Assembly (NCBI GenBank): GCA_051362555.1
Contig: CM120646.1
Span: 4,092,001-4,156,000, forward strand
Direction: 5' to 3'
DNA: 64,000 bases
Origin: Lingula anatina
Lineage: Eukaryota; Animalia; Brachiopoda
This document shows, piece by piece, positions 24,007 to 34,159 of the stretch (position 1 is the first letter of the stretch; every line of letters starts with the position of its first letter). The position numbers and the translations under genes were made by a program. The notes under the pieces were generated by a model. It did no database searches, was not told the DNA's origin, and saw nothing but the letters and a program-made list of their open reading frames with translations.

Positions 24007-27000
24007 ATGCAGGCTCGAGGTGGCTTGCCGCAGCCCGGGGAAATAGTATTTCTCCAAGAGTTGTGTCGTAGTGACACGGATAAAAAATCTGTGAGAGTGA
24101 TAGGCAGGTGTGGAAAAACTTAAAGGCTCAATTCTGCAATTTGGTTTTAGCTCGGTAGAGTCGGACAGTGAGCCCGTAGGCGTATTAAAAACGACCCCCC
24201 CCCCCTTCTGTTTTATTTACTCAAATTTCAAAGGTGTATATAACACAAAGTCGTTTGTTTTATCAACCTGGATCGAGCCCAATTCCAACGTAGGGTCCAC
24301 ACATTTTTCTAGTACTGCTAGGGACTTGACATTTGTGTGACAGATGTTCATGGTTATGAATAAACCATTTGAATTCTAAAGACATTTTTTCATATTTGTT
24401 TAGTGAGACAAGATTTGCCAATTATCATCTTCAAAATTGGGTAAACCTGATTTTCTCCCCTAAATTTTGTCAAAGGTTTGCATTTGAAATTTGGATATGA
24501 GCTGGGCACAAACAAGCATCTTAATTTTGGTTCTTTGATAATATGCTTGTTGTGATATGGGCAGAGAGACAATTTTGGAACACATACCCTGTATGTGCAA
24601 TGTCATATCATGATATAATGATAAAAAATTCATACAATGTTCTTTCTTACACATAAGTAGTGCTAGAGCTTGGCCTCCTAATAATGGCTAAAATAATGGG
24701 AAACGAGATGAGGGATGAAAAAAAAAAAAAAAAAAAAAAAAACATGGCATGCCAATTAAAAGCTAAAGATCTTTTTCTTAAACATGGCTGATGTTCTGTC
24801 TTGCTGCCCTTTGCTTCTAGAAATTTCAAAATTTAAAAGTTTGTCATTTACATTTTTATGTATGACCTTTCCAATATTATCAAAATATTGCCTATACTTG
24901 GTAGTATCAGCTGTGTATAATGATGTCAACATGGGTCAGTTCTTAATGCAGTAGTTGAGAAGCAACACGCAATGTACTGTAAAAGAAAATAACAAATATA
25001 ACACTTGTGGGACACTTTTTATGGTAGTCTGTGCCGCAATCATCTGTATTCCTCATCTGCCACAATCATCTGTGCTCCTCATCTGAACTTGAATCTTGTG
25101 AAAAGGTGTTATGGTTCTTAACATGTTATGGTTCTTAACACTATCGGTCAAGCTTATAGTAACCCCAACCCTCTGTCATCAATTATCATTAAATAGCACT
25201 CTCACTAATGTACGTAGTATAAACACACTTGACAGCAGTGATCCCTCTGAACTGTAGACACAATGTATTTATATCAGCACACTTAGAAATAAAGTCAGTT
25301 GTTGCAGTCAAGTCCTTCCTTGGAGTTGTTTCATGGTGTCAGAAGTACGTGACTGTGTTTTATAACAATACAGTGAGCCAACGCTGATAACCAGTTGATA
25401 AAAAAAAGTCTTTCCACATGGAGCTGGGAGCTTTACCAGTACCTGCCATGAACTGGCATGCTACCGATGCAGTTCAGGAGTACAAGAAGTTCAAACAGAT
25501 GTGCGAGTTATACTTTGATGGTCCACTAAAGAACAAATCTAAGTCTGAAAAGATTGCGTACCTCCAGATATGGGCTGGAGAGACTGGACGAGACCTAGTA
25601 AGCACATGGAACTTGACTGGGGATGAATCTAAGGAATTAAAAACCTACTTTGACAAATTTGAAGAATTTGTTAAGCCTAAAAGCAATTTTAGACTAGCCA
25701 GATTTAAGCTGAGGACCCTTACGCAAGGTAACGGGGAAACTGTAGATCAATTCTTGAAGAGAATTCGTTCTCTGGTCAGCGAGTGCAAGTATACCCAACC
25801 AGATGAACAAATACTTGACACGCTCATTTTTGGATGCAAATCAGCCCGCACGCAGTCCAAATTACTGGAATTGGGTGAAACTCTGTCATTGGACAAGGCG
25901 ATCGACATTGCAAGAACTCAGGAAGCAACCTCGCAGCAACTCACAGACATCAATCGAGACGCCCAGGTCCATGCAGTCAAGCACAACAAACCGTTTCGCC
26001 CTAAACCTACATTTAAAGGGACACATAAGAAGAGAGAAACTTCTACCATGGCCTCAAAGTGCCACCCCACAATGGAAAATCAGTGCAATAACTGTGGATC
26101 AAAACATGATCATAGTAAAAGAGAGCTGTGCCCAGCATACGGGTCCACATGCTTTGGCTGTGGGAAACTTAACCACTGGAGAAAGTGCTGCCGCTCCGAG
26201 CACAAGCAGTCCACAATTCATCGTGGAAACAGGCCACACAGACACGCCGTCACTCCCAAGCAGCAAATGCATAGAGTACATGCCTGCAGCGAAGACGACT
26301 GTGAGCCACAAGAGAGCAACGAGCTATATTTTAGCCCAATATACGTGGGCAGCATTGAAAGCAAGCGTGCTTTCATTAACCTGAAAATCAGCTCTGAGCA
26401 AAATAGTATCACTTTTCCGTGCAAAGTTGATACTGGTGCCGATGGAAACCTAATCACGAAGAAAGACTATGCCAAATTATGCCCTAATAATACCAATTTG
26501 AAACCGTCTGCCGTCAAAATTGTAGCCTTTGGTGGTCAACGCATACCTCATTATGGATCATGCACCTTGACACTGACGTATGGAGGTTCAAATACTGAGC
26601 ATGAATTTCACGTTGTCGAAACCAATGGGCCGACTATCCTAGGCATAGACACCTGCCAGAAACTAGGCTTAGTTACACTTAACTATGCGGTTGATCTGGA
26701 GGACATACAGCATTCCAATGCTAACAATGCACTTCTGGAACAGTACCCCGACTGTTTCCAAGGCATTGGCTGTTTTAAAGGGGAATACCACATTACCCTT
26801 GATCCCTCGGTGCCACCAGTGGTGCATCCACCACGCCGTGTACCAGAAGCGTTACGTGAGCCTCTCAAAACGGAGCTCGAGTCTCTTGAAAAGAAAGGCA
26901 TCATCGCTAAAGTAGAGGAGCCAACAGACTGGGTCAATTCGTTAGTCTGTGTCACAAAGGCTGATGGCAGCATACGCCTGTGCTTAGACCCAAAAGATCT

Positions 27001-30000
27001 AAATGCCGCGATAAAAAGGCCACATCATCGAATCCCAAGCTTTGACGAAATTTTACCAAAGCTTAGCGGAGCCCGCTATTTTTCAATTCTGGATGCTCGT
27101 AGTGGTTACTGGAACATTAAACTTGACCATGAGAGTTCACTTTACGCCACTTTCAATTCACCTCACGGTCGATACCGTTTCCTACGACTTCCATTTGGCC
27201 TTGTATGCGCCCAAGATGTTTTCCAGAAAAAGGTAGATGAAGCCTTCGGAGACCTAGACGGAATTACAGGAATCATTGACGACATCGTTGTCCATGGGAA
27301 AACCAAAGAGGAGCACGACAGAAATTTGCATCTCCTCATGGATCGTGCCAGAAAAATAGGCATCCGTTTCAATCCAGATAAAATGCGCATCAGATGTAGC
27401 GAAATTCCATTCTTTGGAAACATACTCAGTTCGGAAGGTCTACAACCTGATCCGAAGAAAGTGGAATCCATCCACAGCATGGATCCGTCCAGCAACCTCG
27501 CCGATCTTCAAACGTTTCTTGGCCTCACCCAGTACCTCAGCAGGTTCATACCCAACCTGGCTTCCATTTCAGCAGTACTGTGGGACTTAACTAAGAGCAA
27601 GAATGAGTTCGTTTGGAGCCCAGAGCATCAGGCTGCAGTAGAGAAAATCAAATCTGTCATCACCTCACCAGAAACATTGCAATATTTTGACAGTAGCAAA
27701 CCTGTAACGATTCAGGTTGACGCGTCGCAGCGCGGCCTCGGCGCCACTTTGATGCAGAACAATCGCCCTGTCGAATACAGGAGCAAGTTACTAACAGAAA
27801 CCGAGACGCGGTATTCAAACATAGAGCGTGAAATGCTTGCAGTTGTACATGGATTAGAGAAGTTCCATTACTACGCTTATGGCCGTAAAGTCACTGTTGA
27901 AAGTGATCATAAGCCTCTCCAATCCATATTCCAGAAACATGTGAACAATGCACCTCCCAGAATCGCAAGGATGATGTTGCGCATTCAGAAATATGATGTA
28001 ACTATCAAGTATGTGCCAGGAAAGAACATTCCAATCGCTGATGCTCTTTCCAGATTGTCAAAATGCGAAGGTGACACCATTCAAGGTGTAGATGTCACAG
28101 TGCATGAGATCGACATGCAGCTAAATGCAAGCCCCACCAGACTAAAGCAGATCCGAGAAGAAACGTCCAAGGACGAGACGCTTCACTCTCTTCGAAACTT
28201 CATCACAAACGGATGGCCAAACACTAGGTCAGAGTGTCCATCGCACCTCCACGACTATTGGAATTACCGTGATGAATTGTCAGTATTTGATGGCCTTATT
28301 CTAAAAGGAACTAGAATCCTGATCCCAACAACGCTTCAAGCAGCGGTGTTAGAGCAGTTACACTATGCTCATCAAGGAGCTGAAAAGTGCAAACTTCGTG
28401 CCAAAGGATCTGTATTTTGGGTCAACATTAATCGAGACATCGAAAACATGGTTAAAGCATGTGCACCATGCCAACACAACCAGAAGGCAAACGTCAAACA
28501 ACCGCTAATGCCACACGACGTACCACAAAAACCATGGCACACACTGGGAGCAGACTTATTTTTCATTGACAATGACAGTTACTTGCTCATATCTGACTAT
28601 TACAGCAAATTTCCAGTAGTCAGAAAGCTGAACAATTTGCAGTCCAACACTACCATTGCTCACATGAAATCAATCTTTGAAGAATTCGGAATCCCGAGAA
28701 AGCTTATCACTGGAAATGACACTCAGTTTACTTCGGCTGAATTCCAGAAATTTAGCCACGATTATGGCTTCGAGCACGTCCAAACAAGCCCCCACTATTC
28801 ACAGGCCAATGGATTTATTGAACGAGCTGTTCAAACTGTTAAAAATCTGCTGATTAAATGCAAGGAAGCTAAAACCGATCCTCATATGGCCATGTTGTGC
28901 CTTAGATGCACGCCATTAGATCACAACATACCATCGCCAGCAGAACTCTTAAATTCTCGTGCTTATGATACCAATCTTCCTGTCATCCAACCCCACCTGT
29001 CACATGCCTCTTATGACGGTGAAATAAATGCATACATGCAAAGAAAAAAGGATAAAGAAAAGAGCAGATATGATCAGTCAGCCAGAAATCTATCTGACCT
29101 ACTTCCTGGTCAGCATGTGAGAGTACGACATCCCCAGAGTCACAAATGGGAACCAGCAATTGTAGATTCTACGAGACCAAACAGGAGCTATGTTGTAAAA
29201 ACTAACAATGGTGGTCAGTATGTACGCAATCGTATACACATACGTCCAACAGGAGAGAAATTCAATCAGTCTGACTTTGAAAACACCCATTTGCAAAATC
29301 ATTCACCAAGCAATGATCAGGAGTCCCGCTTTGAGAATTCAGAAGCAGCTCAGAACAAACAAGTGCCAAACACTGTGGATAACACTGTACCCCAATCACC
29401 AGTGCCATCTCCACGACGATCTACTAGAATAACAAAAGCACCTGATAGACTGAACTTGTAACTTGTACATATGCATGAACAATGTCATATAGCTCTACTA
29501 GCTAGGATTTTATTTATCACTGTATTTACTTTATTTTACTCACTTAAACTACATGCTCCACATGTGAGACTTCTCTTGCACAAGATGTTACTCAAGGAAT
29601 TAAAAAGACATTTATTCTGTGTTGCCACTATCAACCCTTGATTTAGCACCGATTATCTTTTCTAAAGGAAGAAGGGGATGTTATGGTTCTTAACATGTTA
29701 TGGTTCTTAACACTATCGGTCAAGCTTATAGTAACCCCAACCCTCTGTCATCAATTATCATTAAATAGCACTCTCACTAATGTACGTAGTATAAACACAC
29801 TTGACAGCAGTGATCCCTCTGAACTGTAGACACAATGTATTTATATCAGCACACTTAGAAATAAAGTCAGTTGTTGCAGTCAAGTCCTTCCTTGGAGTTG
29901 TTTCAAAAGGCATAACCCTCTTTTACTTTTTGGGTTTTTAAAAAGTTTATCATTTTGGAATTTCTGACATATCCTGGAGATTAAATCTGGTGGCAACAAT

Positions 30001-30821
30001 TTATAGTTGGTAGTTCGGCTGTGTTCAGAATAGAAGTTTTATTATTATCAGGACCAATTTATCTCGGCAGGGATTCTTGCTGAGGCACAGTCAGTGTAAT
30101 CGGCTTATACTTGTCTGGCATGCCCCCTCATAACTTAAAGTACTAAAGTTGGGTAAACTTTGTTGTCCATGATGTTCTTTAAGCTGCTTTGTGAGGGAGC
30201 ATGCCAGACAATTAAGCTGACTACATTGACTTCGCCCTAGCGAGAATCCCTATTGAGATATATTGATCCTGCTAGTATAATATCTTTCATTCAGATTGTA
30301 ATGACTTCAACTTTTCCCAGCATAATTGTTGCAGATGTATGGCAAGTGTCAAGAAATGATGGTAAAAGTTTGGTTAGTTGGAGAAAAGAACTGTTTACCC
30401 CAGGAAATTTTAAGAATGAGTTTTTCCCAGGAAAATCGTACACTGCATCTTTAACAATGTAAGTGTACAAATTCTTGCATTGGCAATCCATTTCAGCTGT
30501 CTATCCTATAACACATTATTTTTTTCTATTTTTGCCAGGCTAACAAACCATGACTTTCGTGCCTGCAGTGCAGTTATAACAGATGTGACACAGACATATA
30601 CAGTGAAAGTCGACACCACTCTTATCGAACCATTTAACTACATGAGAGACTCCTTGGTCCAGCTTATTGGAGAGATGGAGAGGCTGGACAGAAGTGGTGA
30701 CAGGATTCTGAGGGCCAGAGTGGTCAGCATAGTGGACGGGATGGACATGAATTTGTACCAGAGGGTAGTTCAGGCTCAGAGACAGTATTTCAACAAGAGA
30801 CAAACTATTCTACACATTTAA
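24007..30821 (+). CDS. TEN1: CST complex subunit TEN1, 127 aa (exons 24007-24107, 30539-30821)
   Basis: MQARGGLPQPGEIVFLQEL..SVRVIGR|LTNHD...VDTTLIEPF..SLVQLIGEME...LRARVVSIVDGMDMNLYQRVVQAQR follows the TEN1 OB-fold pattern. The phase-2 intron joins cleanly. Confidence 0.9.
25107..25333 (+). repeat. 5' LTR
   Basis: Matches 29679-29905 with no difference found by eye. Contains TATAAA and AATAAA. Confidence 0.97.
25418..29461 (+). CDS. Gag-Pol polyprotein, 1347 aa (gag zinc knuckles, protease, RT, RNase H, integrase)
   Basis: CNNCGSKH..C and CFGCGKLNHWRKCC; protease VDTGAD; RT LDARSGYW..LPFGL..IIDD; RNase H DAS..YSNIEREML..SDHKPL; integrase H..H..CAPC and core. PR-RT-RH-IN order is that of gypsy. 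Confidence 0.96.
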   Translation: MELGALPVPAMNWHATDAVQEYKKFKQMCELYFDGPLKNKSKSEKIAYLQIWAGETGRDLVSTWNLTGDESKELKTYFDKFEEFVKPKSNFRLARFKLRTLTQGNGETVDQFLKRIRSLVSECKYTQPDEQILDTLIFGCKSARTQSKLLELGETLSLDKAIDIARTQEATSQQLTDINRDAQVHAVKHNKPFRPKPTFKGTHKKRETSTMASKCHPTMENQCNNCGSKHDHSKRELCPAYGSTCFGCGKLNHWRKCCRSEHKQSTIHRGNRPHRHAVTPKQQMHRVHACSEDDCEPQESNELYFSPIYVGSIESKRAFINLKISSEQNSITFPCKVDTGADGNLITKKDYAKLCPNNTNLKPSAVKIVAFGGQRIPHYGSCTLTLTYGGSNTEHEFHVVETNGPTILGIDTCQKLGLVTLNYAVDLEDIQHSNANNALLEQYPDCFQGIGCFKGEYHITLDPSVPPVVHPPRRVPEALREPLKTELESLEKKGIIAKVEEPTDWVNSLVCVTKADGSIRLCLDPKDLNAAIKRPHHRIPSFDEILPKLSGARYFSILDARSGYWNIKLDHESSLYATFNSPHGRYRFLRLPFGLVCAQDVFQKKVDEAFGDLDGITGIIDDIVVHGKTKEEHDRNLHLLMDRARKIGIRFNPDKMRIRCSEIPFFGNILSSEGLQPDPKKVESIHSMDPSSNLADLQTFLGLTQYLSRFIPNLASISAVLWDLTKSKNEFVWSPEHQAAVEKIKSVITSPETLQYFDSSKPVTIQVDASQRGLGATLMQNNRPVEYRSKLLTETETRYSNIEREMLAVVHGLEKFHYYAYGRKVTVESDHKPLQSIFQKHVNNAPPRIARMMLRIQKYDVTIKYVPGKNIPIADALSRLSKCEGDTIQGVDVTVHEIDMQLNASPTRLKQIREETSKDETLHSLRNFITNGWPNTRSECPSHLHDYWNYRDELSVFDGLILKGTRILIPTTLQAAVLEQLHYAHQGAEKCKLRAKGSVFWVNINRDIENMVKACAPCQHNQKANVKQPLMPHDVPQKPWHTLGADLFFIDNDSYLLISDYYSKFPVVRKLNNLQSNTTIAHMKSIFEEFGIPRKLITGNDTQFTSAEFQKFSHDYGFEHVQTSPHYSQANGFIERAVQTVKNLLIKCKEAKTDPHMAMLCLRCTPLDHNIPSPAELLNSRAYDTNLPVIQPHLSHASYDGEINAYMQRKKDKEKSRYDQSARNLSDLLPGQHVRVRHPQSHKWEPAIVDSTRPNRSYVVKTNNGGQYVRNRIHIRPTGEKFNQSDFENTHLQNHSPSNDQESRFENSEAAQNKQVPNTVDNTVPQSPVPSPRRSTRITKAPDRLNL
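29679..29905 (+). repeat. 3' LTR
   Basis: Follows the PPT, ends TTTCA and is followed by the TSD AAAGG. Confidence 0.97.
30066..30252. mobile_element. Palindromic MITE-like element; related copy at ~52310-52485
   Basis: Inverted arms GGGATTCTTGCT..GTAATCGGCTTA..TTGTCTGGCATGC and complement. Confidence 0.6.
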
Positions 30822-31873
30822 ATGTAAATCAGTATTGTGTGTATTAAGAATGGACTTGAATTGGTACCAGAAAGCAGTTCAAGCTCATAGACTGCAGGAG
30901 CAGATACAGAGCTATTTTCTGACAGTCTTCCAAATTATCTTTGTTGTTTCATCCTCCATTTTTGACTGTTTTCTTGCAGAAAAAAAAAAAAAAAAGATAC
31001 CGGTCTGTGTAAACTTGAAAGTCAGACCGTATTCTGGAGGTCTCAGAAGACGGGTCAATCCGGCCCTGGACTGAGTATTACAGGAAGAGATACATGTTTA
31101 AATGAAGTGGGTGTCAGTATTATATGTATTACTGTATGAAAATTGGAACTATGGGCCATTTCAAACAGGAGCTGCATGGGACCTAGAATTAAGATGAATT
31201 TAGTGTGTTCAGGGAAGAAAATTTAATGTTCTCAACTTGCTTGCGACTTCTACCACAAACATTTGATGGAAATGTGCTCAATGAGAAAAAGTGTTTCACA
31301 GTCATGACATTAGTTATTAAGATGCCTGTTGTGCAATGTGTCCACCAAGTTCACAAATAAAAGTGTTAGGGACCATTCTCAGACCCTATCGTACTATTAA
31401 CTGTGGATCGAACGGTCTCCGAGGGGATTCTTGCTAAATTGCAATCAACTTAAGTGGCTTAGATGTCTGTCACGCCTACTGAAGCTTCAAGGGGGTAATT
31501 ATAATTGTCATTTAGCAGCTTAATCAGTAGGTGCACGTGCTGCTGAAGCTGAAAGCAATTTAGCAAGAATTTTAATTTTCTTTTTTCAACTTCGAGTCCT
31601 TAATTGTCCCTGCAGCCTTCTCCTCCAGGTAAGCGAATTTTGTTTAAACCCCTGGGATCTAGATGTGTCGATCCTGTTAGATCGATCAAGGCATGGGAAC
31701 CCAGTCTTAATTCATTCGTAGGGAAAAAGACGTTTGCCCATTTTTAGCTACCTCTTGCCAGCTGGATGCCATTGGGCCTGAATAACACCTACATCTATGA
31801 GTGTACCAAATAAGGTGCGGACTTTAGTTGGCAAAATTAACCAAACCCAAAATGAGAATATTAAAAAGACTTA

Positions 31874-32131
31874 GGCTTCGTTCACATGCAATGTCTATTT
31901 TCTAAATTCTATTTTCTATTCGCGGCATGTGTTGTGATCACGGTCTGTGCCCTGAATATCCCGCGGCGTAATTACTGGCAGCGCGAGCCAATTACTATAA
32001 GTTACTATAAGTTAACTGGCTCGCGCTGCCAGTAATTACGCGGCGGGATATTCAGGGCACAGACCGTGATCATAAGATAGCGCGAATAGAAAATAGATTT
32101 TAGAAAATAGACATTCCATGTGAACAAAGCC
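31874..32131. mobile_element. Foldback Harbinger-type MITE
   Basis: Near-complete 258-bp palindrome with GGC..GCC ends and TTA on both flanks. A related fragment lies at ~52190-52308. Confidence 0.75.
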
Positions 32132-33946
32132 TTAATTACTACGTCAACATTTTCATTAAAGTGTTTCAGGGATTCCAGGAAAGACGTGATGCCAAAAATC
32201 TGTAAATTCCTCATTAAAACTCCAGTTCCAAGTGAAAAAACAGGATGTCATGAAAACATGTGAGAAACTGCCTCTCTGATGGTTGCTTTGTGATGGGGCA
32301 TGCAAAACATTTAATATACTGATTATAGGCAAGAATTTTATGTAGTAAAAGCACCACAAATGCTGAAAAAAATATAATTTTTATGATTCTAAAACTATAT
32401 TATCTGAAAAATTGATAATTCTTGTCCACTGAAAAAGTTGAGTAATATTACTGCTGTTATTCAGCTGTTTTCCTGTCAACACAGTCTTACACTTATTTAG
32501 AGTTTAAAAGGTGTATTCGAATCATTGAAACCAAAAGGTTGAAGTTGTACTAATAAATGATTTAGAATGAAAATAATAAAATGAAGTATTTACATAGAGT
32601 AAAGGATTTACAGTAAGATCAAATTGAGTTTGGAATAAAACAGACCTCTCACAGTTAGGATAAGAAAAATGTATAAGACGTGTTTCAGAAATGTTCAGTA
32701 TTGAATTTTGGTACATTGAAGTCAGATTGGCTATGTCTTAGCTTTCTGTATTTTCTGGAGGTTAATTTTCAGAGGTATTTTAACTTGTTCTTTACACTTT
32801 ATTTTCTCAAAAAAAGATTTCTACCTCGAATATGATGTAAAGGTGCACGTCGATGCACAAGATGCATTTCACACTTGAGTTTCAAGTCTCCAGACAGCAT
32901 GATCCTGGGTTAACTTGCATACTAGTTCAGTGTCAGGTCAGGATGTCTTTACTGATGGTGTAAATACCTAGATCCACGTGCTGCTGACATTCTATTTGTT
33001 GAATAGACCAAATCAAACAAATAAAGGAAGTTCATTAAAAAGACTTCATTATAACAAGCAATTTTAATTGAAAAAGGGCTTGGTACATTTAGGTTCTGGG
33101 AAAAACTAAAACCAAAGTTCAAGTTACAAATACATAGAATCCGGGATATGTCATTGTATGACATAATAACACAAGCTGATATTAATTGTCTTTTTTTTTT
33201 TTTTTTTTGCTACAGTTTAAATTTAATGGTACCCACTGAGTGTTGGGGCACTTTAAGCTAGCTTGTTCATTATACCTTTGGTCTTTAGGCTGGTACGCTT
33301 TACAGAGTAAATATAGGTATTGCTGATTTGGGTTAGAGAAGAAATCAATGAAGACCGAGCTGGCAATAACGAACTGGAACCTAGGGTAATTAACTGGTAA
33401 AAGACAACTAGACACATGTACCTCAATATAATTCAAAATTCAGAAAAACTTAAAATCTTAACAAGTCTAGATTTAGGATCAAAATCAGTGGGCCCCTATC
33501 TGCATGTTAAAGCAGGTATTATAGATTAGAATACCTATGCCAAAGGTAAACCAACCCAGCTGGAAACAAAATATTATTATGGATTTCAGACTCAATATAA
33601 ATAAATAAATAAATGAATAAATATGTTATTATAATTGCTATTAATACCTGGGCGTTTTCTGATGGCCAGTCAAATAGTCACATTCATGCTCAGGTCCCGA
33701 AGTTGAAAATGACCTACATTAGCTCTGCTTTGTCCTATTTGAGTGTTTTAATACTTTGAATTATCTCTGGAGTGATAAGAACTAGAATTAAAATTGAAAC
33801 CTAACCAAGGCTTTCTCCAGAGAGTCATCTAGCGATCATTTGAACCATTAGCTTCAAAAAATGGCCTGTATTGCCAAAGATGGCTGGACGGTTAACAAAA
33901 CTTTTGAGAAAGGATGGGTTGATTAGTTGGGCTTGCTCGATTTAGA

Positions 33947-34159
33947 GGGCATTTCCAGAGATTTAGATCAATCTTACTAGATCGACCTAACTCCCTGGGG
34001 GTTCACGCTAAATTGCAGTCAGCCAACCGCGCACGGAAGTTAATTACCCCCTTACAGCTTGTTGTAGGCGGGACAGACATTTAAGCCGGATTATCTGACA
34101 GTAATCTAGTGAGACTCCCCACGGGGATAGATAAATCTAAAATCTATGGGAATGTGCCC
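33947..34159. mobile_element. MITE-like family A, copy 2
   Basis: Same core and inverted ends as 16738-16946. Confidence 0.7.

Larger units (their letters stand above)
25107..29905 (+). mobile_element. Full-length Ty3/gypsy (Mag-like) LTR retrotransposon in the TEN1 intron
   Basis: 227-bp TG..CA LTRs, 5-bp TSD AAAGG (25102-25106, 29906-29910), PBS TGGTGTCAGAAGT at 25334-25346 (tRNA-Leu type), PPT 29664-29678, and a single gag-pol ORF. Confidence 0.97.

Noticed and set aside
27272-27283. RT motif IIDD instead of YxDD as a sign of inactivation
   Set aside because: Both catalytic Asp residues are present, and hydrophobic substitutions at the Y position occur in Mag-like gypsy elements.
25803-29432. 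Alternate-frame and antisense ORFs within gag-pol, including a possible env
   Set aside because: They are shadow ORFs of a coding region, and only ~220 bp separate the pol stop from the 3' LTR.
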